From an uncultured bacterium (lineage in GTDB: Bacteria > Acidobacteriota > Thermoanaerobaculia > Multivoradales > JAHZIX01), in the NCBI GenBank assembly GCA_965368975.1, contig CBDUPA010000002.1:160001-224000 (forward strand): a stretch of DNA of 64,000 nt, read 5' to 3'. The notes under the pieces are model-generated. The model saw nothing but the letters and a program-made list of their open reading frames with translations, was not told where the DNA came from and made no database searches. Shown here one piece after another: positions 21,262-31,800 of this stretch. Within the stretch, counting starts at the first letter, position 1. Every line of letters starts with the position of its first letter. A program made the translations under genes and the position numbers.

Positions 21262-22580
21262 CACGGAGCCTGCCCATCGTCACCGAGACGCTCGAAGCCG
21301 TCGGACAGTTGCAGGAAGGACGCTTCTCCGAAGTCGAGGTCTTCCACAAGCGTGGCCGCTCGCGCCGCCTGGAGCTGAGCGTTGGTGGCCGCCGCTCCCT
21401 GACCACCCACGAAACCGGTTGGGCAGTGCGGGCCGGCGACCGTCGCGGCTCTTTCTTCGCTGCCGGCACCGGCGCCCCCAAGCCTGCTGGCCCCTGGCCC
21501 GAGGCGGACGGTGCACCGATCCGCCTGCCCGAACCTACGAGTGCTCCGAACTGGAGCGCACCCCCCGACCTCGACGCCCCCCTGATCGGTGAGCGCGAAG
21601 GCCTCAATCTGCTGGACAGCATCGCCGCCGCGCTGGCCCGCGAGTTGCCCGGCGCGCGCCTGCTGCAGAGTGCCGTCGAGGACGGTTCGAGCGAAACCTG
21701 GATCGCCAGCAGTCGCGGCATCGACGCCGCCTTCCGCAGCCGCCTAGCGTCCCTCTACCTCGAAGGCGCCGGCCCCGGCCGCCTCGGCCCCACCGCCGCT
21801 TTCTACCTCGCCGAACGGGAGGCCCGGCGCTTCAACCCGCTGGCCCTGGCCCGCCGTCTCGCCGATCGTCTGCAGATGGCCCACGAAGGCGAACCGCGCC
21901 AGCGCGACCGCGGCGAGATGCTGCTCGCACCGCCCGTCATGTGTCGCATCCTCGCCGGGCTGCTGCCCCTGTGGTGCGGGCCGCAAGCCGCTGGCCGTGC
22001 CGAAGCGCTGCAAGACCGCCGCGGCCATCTAGGCAGCGAACACCTGACGCTTCTCGACAACGGCCGCCTGCCCGGCGGAGCGCTCGAGGCACCAGTCGAC
22101 GGCGAAGGTGTACCGACGCGCGAAGTCGTCCTCGTCGATCACGGCGTCTTTCGCCATCCGTTGGTCCCTTGGTGGCAATGCCCCGACGAACCCTGGGCCA
22201 CCGGCTGCAGCCGCCGCCCCGGCTGGCGAGATCTGCCGACGCCTATGCCCACACACCTCTACCTGCGCCCACGCTCGGGCGTCAGCGTCGCCACGCTCCT
22301 GCAGGACATCACCCGCGGCTATTACCTGATCGACGTCACCGCCAGCGGCCACTTCGACCTCGAAGGCGATCGCTTCTCCCTGCCCGTGTGCGGTTTCGAG
22401 ATGCGCAACGGCCGTGCTACCGCCCCCATCGCACGCACCCAGTTGTGCGGTAGTATCTCCGCCCTACTGCGCGGCGTGCAGGCCGTGGCCCGTGACCTCT
22501 CCTTCCAACCCCTACGCGGCATGATCGGCAGCCCGACCGTCCTGGTCAGCGGCCTGGAACTGCGCGGCCAGTCCTCCTGA
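21258..22580 (+). CDS. pmbA: TldD/PmbA family protein, non-catalytic PmbA/TldE-like subunit
   Basis: GTGA overlap with tldD; VDGEGVPT, GDRFSLP, GSPTVLV; lacks HExxxH. Confidence 0.75.
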   Translation: MTRSLPIVTETLEAVGQLQEGRFSEVEVFHKRGRSRRLELSVGGRRSLTTHETGWAVRAGDRRGSFFAAGTGAPKPAGPWPEADGAPIRLPEPTSAPNWSAPPDLDAPLIGEREGLNLLDSIAAALARELPGARLLQSAVEDGSSETWIASSRGIDAAFRSRLASLYLEGAGPGRLGPTAAFYLAEREARRFNPLALARRLADRLQMAHEGEPRQRDRGEMLLAPPVMCRILAGLLPLWCGPQAAGRAEALQDRRGHLGSEHLTLLDNGRLPGGALEAPVDGEGVPTREVVLVDHGVFRHPLVPWWQCPDEPWATGCSRRPGWRDLPTPMPTHLYLRPRSGVSVATLLQDITRGYYLIDVTASGHFDLEGDRFSLPVCGFEMRNGRATAPIARTQLCGSISALLRGVQAVARDLSFQPLRGMIGSPTVLVSGLELRGQSS

Positions 22581-22625
22581 AGGCCAAAGTTTCCTCAGCA
22601 GAGCCCCGCGACACCTGGAGACACC

Positions 22626-23696
22626 ATGCAATTCGGCATCCTCGGCTTCCCCAAGGTCGGCAAGACCACCCTGTTCAACCTGCTCACCGGCACCGAGCAG
22701 GACACCGACAAATTCGCCACCTCCGACAAGGTCAACATCGGCGTCGCCACCGTCACCGACCCGCGCCTGGCCCAGCTGCGTGACCTCTTCCAGCCCAAGA
22801 AGTACGCCCCCGCGACGCTCGAGTTCGTCGACATCCCGGGCATTCGCAAGGGCGAAGGCGCCGAGAGCCTGGACCTGGCCAACCTCAAGAACGTCGACGG
22901 CTTGCTGCACGTCGTGCGCGCCTTCGACGACCCTGAGCTCCTGCACTCCGAAGGCGATGTCGACCCCGCCCGCGATCTGGCCAGCATCGACCTCGAACTC
23001 ATCCTCGCCGACCACGGCCTGGTCGAGCGCCGCCTCGGCAAGCTCAAGCAAGCCGAAAAGCGCGGCCTCAAGCCGGAGGAGAAGGCCGAGCGCGCGTTGC
23101 TCGAAGACACCATCCTGCCGACGCTGGAAAACGAGATCCCTTTGCGCTCCATCGAGCTCAACCCCGACGACGAACGCCGCCTGCGCGGCTTCACACTGCT
23201 GTCCGCCAAGCCCATGATGGCAGTGATCAACGTCGACGACGCCCGCCTGGGCGAGGGCGACGAGATCCTGGCATCGCTCAACCTGCCCGCGGACGTGCCC
23301 GGCGTCGTCATCAGCGCCCCGATCGAAGCCGAAATTTCGCAGCTCGACGAGGAAGAACAGAGAGACTTCCTCGCCGACTACAACCTCACCGAACCCAGCC
23401 TCGACCGGGCCGTGCGCGCCTGCTACAGCCTGCTCGGCTTGATCTCCTTCTTCACCGTCGGCGAAGACGAAGTCAAAGCCTGGACCATCCCGACCGGCAC
23501 CGTCGCCCGCAAAGCCGCCGGCGCCATCCATTCGGACATCGAACGCGGCTTCATCCGCGCCGAAGTCACCCCGTGGGACGCCCTGATCGAGCGCAAGTCG
23601 CTGACCAAGTGCAGGGAGGATGCGGTGCTGAAGCTGGAGGGGAAAGAGTATGTCGTCAAGGACGGGGAAGTGATCCACTTCCGTTTCAACGTGTAG
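22626..23696 (+). CDS. ychF: Redox-regulated ATPase YchF (Obg family)
   Basis: GFPKVGKTT, FVDIPG, FFTVGEDEVKAW, AGAIHSDIERGFIRAE, YVVKDGEVIHFRFNV. Confidence 0.93.
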   Translation: MQFGILGFPKVGKTTLFNLLTGTEQDTDKFATSDKVNIGVATVTDPRLAQLRDLFQPKKYAPATLEFVDIPGIRKGEGAESLDLANLKNVDGLLHVVRAFDDPELLHSEGDVDPARDLASIDLELILADHGLVERRLGKLKQAEKRGLKPEEKAERALLEDTILPTLENEIPLRSIELNPDDERRLRGFTLLSAKPMMAVINVDDARLGEGDEILASLNLPADVPGVVISAPIEAEISQLDEEEQRDFLADYNLTEPSLDRAVRACYSLLGLISFFTVGEDEVKAWTIPTGTVARKAAGAIHSDIERGFIRAEVTPWDALIERKSLTKCREDAVLKLEGKEYVVKDGEVIHFRFNV

Positions 23697-23721
23697 GCGG
23701 TTGCAGCGGTCTTGATTCGCG

Positions 23722-23747
23722 GTAGGGGCGACCCAATGTGGTCGCCC
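23722..23747 (+). repeat. GTAG-family REP-like element
   Basis: GTAG tetranucleotide directly followed by perfect palindrome GGGCGACC-CAATGT-GGTCGCCC; single copy in this window. Confidence 0.6.
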
Positions 23748-23768
23748 TCCGACATCATGCTTGCATAG

Positions 23769-23802
23769 GTGCCATACAGTTGCTATACATACAATATGGC
23801 AC
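23769..23802. promoter_or_regulatory. Putative vapBC operator (inverted repeat over promoter and start codon)
   Basis: GTGCCATA (23769-23776) and TATGGCAC (23795-23802) flank an AT-rich -10-like region. Confidence 0.5.
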
Positions 23803-24050
23803 ATCGAACGACACTCCTCCTCGACGACGACACCCGCCACGCTGCCCGGCAGCTAGCGCTACGCTACGACTGCTCGACCTCCGAGGCGATTCGACGAGCG
23901 GTCATCAGCCAACACGAAGTGACCTTCGGTGTAGTCCCCGAGCGTCGACGGGAACGCGTTCGCAAGCTCGAACACCTCTTCTCATTGTTCGAGGGCCACG
24001 ATGCTGCCGCCGAGATCCAGCGACTGAAGGCAGAAGACGAAGGCTTCTAA
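23796..24050 (+). CDS. Type II antitoxin, ribbon-helix-helix/CopG-like (VapB-type)
   Basis: RTTLLLDDD...STSEAIRRAV RHH pattern; acidic C-terminus; directly upstream of a PIN toxin. Confidence 0.75.
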   Translation: MAHRTTLLLDDDTRHAARQLALRYDCSTSEAIRRAVISQHEVTFGVVPERRRERVRKLEHLFSLFEGHDAAAEIQRLKAEDEGF

Positions 24051-24062
24051 GTCCAGCCCGAG

Positions 24063-24446
24063 ATGAGAGTCCACCTCGACACAGACTTCCTCGTCTATGC
24101 GCTGGCTGAAGCCGGACCAGAGCGCCAACACCTCCTGGAACTGGCTGAATCCGAGGCCGAGATCCAGATCAGCGCCGTGGCCTGGTACGAATTCTCGCGC
24201 GGTCCTCGGACACCGGACCAACTGGCGGTGGCCCGTTCTTTCTTCGGAGATGACGGCGTCGTTCCCCTGTCAGAAGATCTGGCGGCACGGGCCGCCGAAG
24301 TTTTCCGAGTCTTGGGTTCTCCCCGTCGCCGTGCGGCCGATGTCACGATCGGCGTGACCGCAGCGGAGATGCAAGCCCTACTGTTGACGCGGAATCGTCG
24401 AGACTTCGCCGGTATCCCGAACCTTCACACCCGAATCCGCACATAG
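24063..24446 (+). CDS. vapC: Type II toxin, VapC family PIN-domain ribonuclease
   Basis: LDTDFL, SAVAWYEF, D-VTIG, LLTRNRRDF acidic PIN residues; 127 aa. Confidence 0.85.
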   Translation: MRVHLDTDFLVYALAEAGPERQHLLELAESEAEIQISAVAWYEFSRGPRTPDQLAVARSFFGDDGVVPLSEDLAARAAEVFRVLGSPRRRAADVTIGVTAAEMQALLLTRNRRDFAGIPNLHTRIRT

Positions 24447-25579
24447 AACCCCTGCGTCCCCAGGCTCTCCCAATCCGCCCCAAAGGTCGACGGCAACTCC
24501 CGCATCCGCTCCGGCAACGGCGTCTTCTGCGGCAGCAACTCGTAGTCCGTGAAGCCGCAGCTCTCGATCCAGTCTTCGAGCGTCGGGCGGGTGAAGAAGC
24601 GGTAGTGGGTGTAGCAGAGCAGGCCGATGGGTAGGTAATCCCAGCGGCCGGCGATCAGGTCCTCGACGATCGAGTAGTGACCGACGTTGGGCACCGACAG
24701 CAGGATCTGCCCGCCGGGACGCAGCCAGCCGGCGGCGCGGCGTAGGAACTTCTCGTTCTCGGTGAGGTGCTCGAAGAGTTCGAGGGCGAGGACGAGGTCG
24801 AACTCTTCATCCGGCTCGACTTGCTGGATATCGCCCTGGATCACACGATCGAGTTGCTGCTCGGCAACTCTGGCGACCTCGGGGTTCAACTCGACGCCAA
24901 CGACGCGGCAGCCACGCTCTTGCAGCAGGCGGGCGGTGGCACCGCGGGCGCAGCCGATTTCCAGCACACTCTCGACGGTCTCGGGAATCAGCGGCAGCAC
25001 GTCGGCACGAGCTTCGCCGTAATAGTCTATGAAGCGGTGGTAGAGCCCGCGCACAGAGGTGGTTTCGACGGGCTTACGGGCGAGCAGATCCTCGTCGATC
25101 AGCAAGCAAGCCGGGTCCAGGGGCGCACGCCAGGCATCAAAGGCTTCTCGACGCCACAAGGAGATAGGCAGGTGGCTGGCAACTCCAATCCCCCCGGAGG
25201 GCGCATCCTCCTGCTGCTGGTCCAGAAACTGGAGCTCGGCCTGTTCGAAGTCGTACAGGGTGAAGAGATCACAACGGCTGGGCAAGTCGGTCTGCTCCAG
25301 AGCCTGGGGGATGGCGACCGCGTGCTCGCCAAGGGCCTGGAGCATGGCCTCCAGCGACTTCTGGCCGAGCAAAGCGTTGGCACCGCCGAGCAGCAGGACG
25401 TAGGATTCGTCGCCGTCGAGGTCGTCCGCGCGCAGCTGTTCCGGACTCTCGACAGTCACGTCACGCATCGAGCTGAAGGTTCGCTTCGCCTGCACACGCA
25501 TCCAGCCAAGCAGGTACTCGAACTCCGGGGACGCGCGGTCTTCTGAGCGGTGCAGCTTGACCAGCAGGAGCTGGCTCAC
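24425..25579 (-). CDS. Class I SAM-dependent methyltransferase with N-terminal extension (glycan-modifying type)
   Basis: VLEIGCARG, GVE, LFEHL, LRPGG, SVPNVGH...GRWDY...GLL..TH..FFT. Confidence 0.85.
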   Translation of the reverse strand: MSQLLLVKLHRSEDRASPEFEYLLGWMRVQAKRTFSSMRDVTVESPEQLRADDLDGDESYVLLLGGANALLGQKSLEAMLQALGEHAVAIPQALEQTDLPSRCDLFTLYDFEQAELQFLDQQQEDAPSGGIGVASHLPISLWRREAFDAWRAPLDPACLLIDEDLLARKPVETTSVRGLYHRFIDYYGEARADVLPLIPETVESVLEIGCARGATARLLQERGCRVVGVELNPEVARVAEQQLDRVIQGDIQQVEPDEEFDLVLALELFEHLTENEKFLRRAAGWLRPGGQILLSVPNVGHYSIVEDLIAGRWDYLPIGLLCYTHYRFFTRPTLEDWIESCGFTDYELLPQKTPLPERMRELPSTFGADWESLGTQGFYVRIRV

Positions 25580-26733
25580 GGCATTGCCTCGTCCGTGGTG
25601 ATCGAAAAGGCAGGGGCTGTAGCGGAGGGAGAATCGGGCTTGCGGAAGCGGAAACGGGCAACCTCCTGGCCATCGCAGCTGACGGCTTGCAGACGGTAGC
25701 GCCCAGGATCGAGGCGCTGCCAGATTTCTTGCGGCAGCGACCAGAACTGGGCCGGTTTGTCGTCGAGTTGCTGCAGGCGTTCAGCGGCCGCGGGAAAACC
25801 CGTCGAGGCGGGTGAGATCTCGATCCACGCCGGAGCTGGGCGCAGATGGCCGAGGGTGAGGGCCGGGGGCTGGCCCTCGGGAACTAGGTCGGGGACCAGT
25901 TCCGCCACCGGCTGCGACAGGGTCTCGATGCTGCGGACCAGGCGAAAAAACCAGCCACCGTAGGTACGGCGGAAGAAGCGTTCTCGGGCTTCGGCGAACC
26001 AGGCAGCGGCACGCGGTTCGCGAGCGGCGCTGCGGTTGTAGAGGTGGATCGCCTGGGCCGAGGGAACGTAGACGACCGGCAAGCCAGCGCGGCGCAGACG
26101 CTGGAGCCAGTCGGTTTCTTCGAAGTAGAGCTGGTAGCCGGTATCGAAGGGCCCCACGTGCTCCCAGGCAGAGCGATGGAAAGCGATCAGGGCTCCGCTC
26201 AGGTCGTAGGCGGTGATTGGCTCGTGGGCACTCCAGTAGGTGCGGGCGTGCCGCCGCCAGTGGCCACGTGCCACCTTTGCCCAGAAGGGGGCGCGCGGTG
26301 CCAGCGCGGCTCGCAGTTCCCAGCCGTGGTTGCGCGGTTCGGTGGGCGGCAGCAAGATGCTACAGCCTTCGTCCCAGTAGAAGCACGGTCCCGCCGCGGC
26401 CTTGCCGAGGTCGAGTTGTTCGAGAAGCGCTCCCAAGCACCCGGGCTGCACCAGTACATCCGGATTCATCACCACCAACCGCCGGGCCTGAGTACTCTCG
26501 ACGCCGAGGTTGACGCCACCGGCGTATCCGAGATTCTCTCCTTGGTTGAGGTAGCGCAGGCCGAGCGCTTCGAAGTGCTCGCGCGCGCCGGGCTGGCTGC
26601 CATTATCGACTAGCAGCAGCTCCGCGTTGTCCACCGAGAGCCCGCTAGTCGCCAGATCCGCGCGTACTGCCTCGACCGCCGGACCGACGAGTTCCGGCGT
26701 GTGGTAGTGGACGAGAATGACGGCGAGATCCAT
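25576..26733 (-). CDS. Glycosyltransferase family 2 (rhamnosyltransferase-like)
   Basis: VILVHY, VDNGS, NLGYAGGVN, MNPD, LYFEETD. Confidence 0.9.
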   Translation of the reverse strand: MDLAVILVHYHTPELVGPAVEAVRADLATSGLSVDNAELLLVDNGSQPGAREHFEALGLRYLNQGENLGYAGGVNLGVESTQARRLVVMNPDVLVQPGCLGALLEQLDLGKAAAGPCFYWDEGCSILLPPTEPRNHGWELRAALAPRAPFWAKVARGHWRRHARTYWSAHEPITAYDLSGALIAFHRSAWEHVGPFDTGYQLYFEETDWLQRLRRAGLPVVYVPSAQAIHLYNRSAAREPRAAAWFAEARERFFRRTYGGWFFRLVRSIETLSQPVAELVPDLVPEGQPPALTLGHLRPAPAWIEISPASTGFPAAAERLQQLDDKPAQFWSLPQEIWQRLDPGRYRLQAVSCDGQEVARFRFRKPDSPSATAPAFSITTDEAMP

Positions 26734-26862
26734 GATGCTGGGATTGTATGCCTTCAGCGGCGTAGAGGCACCATGGGGTCGTGTCCCAACAGTGGGCTAC
26801 GCCTACACGGTAGGTTTGGAGGCGGGCCGCCCTATTCCAGATTCAGGACAATCTTGCTCGCC

Positions 26863-27939
26863 TCAGAAGAGGTCGCTATCTCCCATCGTGCAATACAGTC
26901 GGCGCAGCAACTCGCCGCTGTGCGGCTCGGTGAACGGCAAGCAGATCATGCTCAGATCGTTGGGTTCTGGTGCGTTCAGCAGGCCGAGACGATCGAGCTC
27001 GGCGCCGAGCCAGGCGGGGCGATCGGGGAACCAGGCTTCGATCCTCGACGCACCCTGGCCAACAGGGCCGTCGACGGCGGTGTGCAGGAGGCGGGCAACT
27101 GCCTCGGGATAGCGCGGATCGAAGAGAGCATCGCCCCACAGCAAGCGTTCACCATCGCGTCGGAAGATGCCCCAAGCGCACAGGCGCCGCCAGTGGAAGA
27201 GGCCGACAACGTGATACTCGAAGCCGGGGCGCTGCAGGTAGCGCCATCGAACATAGCGGGCATCGCGTACGGTGAGGAAGCCGTAGGTGTCGCGCACGCG
27301 GTTAAACAGAGCGTCCCAGCGCTCGTCCGGAAAGTTGGACTGCTCGGTGGTCTCGGTGCGCCCAGTCCAGGCGGCGCTCCAGCCGTTGCGCCAGCCGTGC
27401 GAGACCTGCCGCGCCAAGCGAGCACGCGTCTGCGTATCCAGGTCCAAACGCCGGAAGGGTGCCGGACCGATGAAGTCGGCACTCAGGAAGCGACGATTGA
27501 ACTTCTGGATGTTGCCGACGTTGTAGCCGTAGTTGAACGCTACCTGCCCTTCAGAGAAATGCTCGAAGAAGGTAAAGGCGCTGCGTCCCAGCAGGCTGCG
27601 CGGACCGCGACCGATGTGACGCACGGCGGGCAGAGTCATGGTGTCGCCGATCTGATGAGCCAGCAGCGTGCGACCGGCGCCAGCACCCGGCGAGGAACCG
27701 GCATCGTAGAAGCACTGCAGATACCCCGCGTAGTGGGCCACCAGACGACCATCCGGTGCGGCAGCGACAATGATCCGCGGCTCGGACGAGTAGGGATTGT
27801 CCTGGAACTCCCACTGCCAGTGGTCGAGACCGCGCCGGTGGTGGAAGCAGGTTTCGAAGAGGTCGAGGATCTGGACCTCATCGCCAGCGCGGTAGGGGCG
27901 AACTTCGAAGTCCTCGCGACGCAGGGAACCAAGGTCCAT
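26863..27939 (-). CDS. GNAT family N-acyltransferase (tandem GNAT)
   Basis: VRPY..GDE, WQW.F.DNP, LVAHYA, DTMTLP..R, RDARYVRWRY, C-terminal TMGDSDLF. Confidence 0.75.
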   Translation of the reverse strand: MDLGSLRREDFEVRPYRAGDEVQILDLFETCFHHRRGLDHWQWEFQDNPYSSEPRIIVAAAPDGRLVAHYAGYLQCFYDAGSSPGAGAGRTLLAHQIGDTMTLPAVRHIGRGPRSLLGRSAFTFFEHFSEGQVAFNYGYNVGNIQKFNRRFLSADFIGPAPFRRLDLDTQTRARLARQVSHGWRNGWSAAWTGRTETTEQSNFPDERWDALFNRVRDTYGFLTVRDARYVRWRYLQRPGFEYHVVGLFHWRRLCAWGIFRRDGERLLWGDALFDPRYPEAVARLLHTAVDGPVGQGASRIEAWFPDRPAWLGAELDRLGLLNAPEPNDLSMICLPFTEPHSGELLRRLYCTMGDSDLF

Positions 27940-27989
27940 GCGAATCTAGGCCTCGCGATCGAGGGGGCGAGCGTACAGGTCGCTTCGCC

Positions 27990-28784
27990 TCAGCCGGCGA
28001 TGGCCACAGCACCCGCGGGAGCTGCCAGCACCTGGTTCTGCGCGTCGATGAGTTGGAACAGATCCTGGACGGCGGCGGTGCCGTGCTGAATCAACTCCCA
28101 GTTGGTGGCGATCAGCGAGTGCGACACCTGCTGCTGACTGCGGCCCAGGAGCGCGCCGACCTTGAGCTGGTTGCCCTCGACTTCGTACAGACGCACGATC
28201 TTGCGCTGCAGCTCGGTCATCTGGCTCCAGCGCCACTGCAGCATGTTGACCAGAACTTCGGCCGAGTCGTTGATCGCGCTCTGACCGCTCGACAGGCCGA
28301 AGGAACGCTTGCCGCGCTTGAGCTGCTGCATCTTCTCGTGCGCGGTGTAGAAGGCGGGACCATCGATGACGGCGGCGCGACCACTCTCCAAGCCAGCGGT
28401 GAGCGCATCGTAGGCGACGACGGAGCGGAAACGGACTGGGTGCAGCAACTCGTCGACACGCGCCAGCAGGTGGTACAAAGAGCCAACGCGCCACAAGACG
28501 GTAGCCAGTTGATCTCCACGTGTGATCTCGAGCGGGGCGAACAGGTCGCCGCGGAACTCGTCGTTGATGCACTCGACGCAGTGCTGCAGCTTGCGCGTCA
28601 GTTCGGCCCGATCCGGATGCTGCGACGATTCGATGACGTCGAACAGCAGCGCATAGGCCTTGGTCTCTCGTCCAGCGATGCCGGTGGGCCTTTCGTTGTG
28701 CTGGCTTCCTTCGCTCAGGAGCGAGCTGCTTGGAGTCTTCCTATTTGGGATGTTCGTGGACACGGCTCGGGTACCTCCGATCAA
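27990..28784 (-). CDS. SatD family protein (palm/cyclase-like domain plus C-terminal HTH); start uncertain
   Basis: LLFDVIESS, ITRGDQL, DGPAFYTA, W..MTELQR, NQ..VG..LG.SQQ.VS. Confidence 0.75.
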   Translation of the reverse strand: MIGGTRAVSTNIPNRKTPSSSLLSEGSQHNERPTGIAGRETKAYALLFDVIESSQHPDRAELTRKLQHCVECINDEFRGDLFAPLEITRGDQLATVLWRVGSLYHLLARVDELLHPVRFRSVVAYDALTAGLESGRAAVIDGPAFYTAHEKMQQLKRGKRSFGLSSGQSAINDSAEVLVNMLQWRWSQMTELQRKIVRLYEVEGNQLKVGALLGRSQQQVSHSLIATNWELIQHGTAAVQDLFQLIDAQNQVLAAPAGAVAIAG

Positions 28785-28847
28785 GTGCTGGCAATCAGTT
28801 ACATAGCCTAGCTACTACGGGGAGGCTATGCAAGGCCCGGGCCATTC

Positions 28848-31800
28848 TCAGACTTGTTCTCGACTTGGCTCCTTGCCGGTCTCTTCGCCCGGCTCTTCCG
28901 CTGGCGCTGTAGCTACCTGGTGCCGCTCGGAGAATTGCAGCAGCAAATCGTAGAAGACTGGTACGAGGATCAGCGTCAGGAATGTGGCGAAAACGAGGCC
29001 GAAGATGACCGCCACGCCCATGGTTTGCCACCACTGGCTGCTCTCGCCACCAGTGGCGAAGTGGAAGCTGTGGAAGTCGAACTCGACCCCGGTCGAGAGC
29101 GGGATCAGGCCCAGCACGGTGGTCACCGCTGTCAGCACCACAGGACGCAGGCGTCGCAGTCCGGTGTCAACCACCAGCTGCCGTCGCGGTAGGCCTTTGC
29201 CGCGCTGCTGCTCGGCGTAGTCGAGCAACACGATGGCGTTATTGACCACAATCCCGGCCAGCGAGATGACGCCGAGGCCAGTCATGATGATGCCGAAGGG
29301 CAGACCGGTGACGATCAGGCCGAGCAAGACACCGATCATCGACATACCGACAGAGGTCAAGATGATCATCGGAATGGCCAGTGAGTCGAACTTGGCGACC
29401 ATCAGCGCCAGCACGATCAGCAACGCATAGAGGAAGGCACCACCGAGAAAAGCCTTGGTTTCCTCCTCGTCTTCGCTCTGCCCTCCGAAAACCAGGCTGT
29501 AGCCCTCGGGCAGCAGGTCCGACCGTGCTTCCAGGCGGCGCTGAGCTTCCTTGCGCACCGGGTCGGCCAGCTCGGGCGACGTGACCTGCGCGCTGACGGT
29601 CACCATGCGCTGCTGATTCTTGTGGTTGATAGCGGTCAGTGAGCTGGTGCGTTCGACGCTGGCGAAGATACTCAGCGGCACCTGATCACCATCGTCGTCG
29701 ACCACGGTCAGGCGCTGCAAGGCGTCGAGCGTGCGCGCTTCTTCGCGCAGCCGCACGACGATATCGGCCTCGTCCTTACCGTAGCGGTAGACCGACGCCT
29801 CGGTGCCATTGACCGCTGTTCGCACGGTACGCGCGATGTTGTCCATGGTCAGACCGAGCCGCGAGGCCTGGGTGCGGTCGATGTCTAGACGCAATTCGGG
29901 CCGCGCCAGATCGAAGTCGTCGTCGAGCGACACCATGCCCGGGATGCCCTCGAGCCTGGCCCGGATGCGCGCCGCGATCTCACCCAGCACCACGAAGTCG
30001 GGGCCGCTGATCTCGATCACCAGCGGATCACCGACCGGCGGTCCCTCTGCCTGGCGATCGACGCTGATCGTCACACCAGGCATCGACGCGACTCGTGTGC
30101 GCACTTCGGCCATGGTCAGGAACGAACTCTGAACACGCTCCTGGCGCGGCACCAGGTCCAGTGTGATGCGGGCTTTGGTGGTGTCGCCGCCTTCCGACTG
30201 CCCGACGAACTCGGCCTGGCTGCCGGCACCCACTCCGCTAGCCATCACCCGCAGATCAGGCACATCGGCGAGGCGGGCTTCCAGCTCGCGCGTTACTTCG
30301 TCCGTGCGTTCGAGCCGCGTGCCCGGCGGCATTTCGAGATCGACCCAGATCTGAGGCGGTTCGGTCTCGGGGAAGAACTCGATGCCAGTGTTGAGCGGCC
30401 CACCGTAGAGCCCGACGACCACGACGAAGAGGAGCAACGTTCCGGCGATGAACAGCGCCCGGTGGTCGAGCGCGAACTCGAGTAGCCGACGGTAGGCACC
30501 TTCGGCACGCTCGCCAAGGCGGTGCAGCCAGCCCTTCGCTGGTGCCGTCTCCAGGGACAACTCGGAGGGTGGCTCTGGCTCTATCGGAGTCAGGACGCGC
30601 ATGAAGGCTGCGCACAGCGTCGGGTTGATAGTCAGGGCAACCACCAACGAAGCGAGCAGGACGGCGATCACGGTCAGCGGTAGGTAGACCATGAAGTCAC
30701 CGATCACCCCGGGCCAGAAGACCAGCGGCAGGAAGGCACCGACGGTGGTCAAGGTAGAGGTCAAGATGGCTCCGCCGACCTCCTCCGTGGCTTCCGATGC
30801 CGCCTGCTCACGGGTAGCGCCCTCTTGCATGTGGCGATAGATGTTCTCGATCACCACCACCGCGTTGTCGACCAGCATGCCGACCGCCAACACCAGCGAG
30901 AAGAGCACGATCATGTTGAGCGTGACGCCCGAGGCGTCGATCCACAGGAAGGTGAGCAGCATGGAGAAGGGAATCGCCAGGGCGACGAAGATGGCATTGC
31001 GCAAGCCGAGAGCGAACATCAGCACCAGCACCACCAGCACCAGACCGGAGAGGATGTTGTTCTCCAGGTCCAGGACCATCCTGCGAATCTCGTCGCTCTG
31101 ATCGGCCAGCAGCGTGACCTCGACCCCGGCTGGCCAGTGCTGGCGCTCGCGCGCCACCGTGTCGCGAACCAGATCCGCCACTTCGATGATGTTGGCGCCC
31201 AGGCGCTTCTGCACCGCCAGCGACACCGACTCCTCGCCGTCGATGCGCGCGCTGGAACTGCGATCTTCGAAGCCGAAGCGCACCTCGGCGATATCGCGCA
31301 CGTAGATCGGCGAGCCATCGCGAGTAGCGATCACGAAGTCGCCGACCTCTTCCGGCTCGTCGATCTCACCAGGCACACGAACAGCGTACTTGAGGTCCCC
31401 CAGGTCGAGGTCGCCGCCGGGAATCGCCACGTTCTCGGCCGCCACGGTGTCGACCACGTCTTGCAGAGATAGGTCGTAGAGACGCAGGCGGTCCGGGTCG
31501 ACCAGCACTTGCACCTCGCGCTCGACGCCGCCGAGTAGCTGCGCGCGCAGCACGCCGGGCAAGCTCTCGAGCACATCCTGCAGATCCTCCGCCAGGTTCT
31601 TCAGCACCACCGGCCCGACATCGCCGGACAGGTGCACCTGCACCACCGGGATGTCGGAGAAGTTGATCTCCTGCAGGATCGGCTCCTCGGCCTCGAGCGG
31701 CAGATCCGCCTCGGCACGGTCGGCCCGATCGCGCACCTTCTGCAAGGCATCGTCGATGTCGGTGCCGGAGACGAACTCGACGGTCACCACCGACGCGCTC

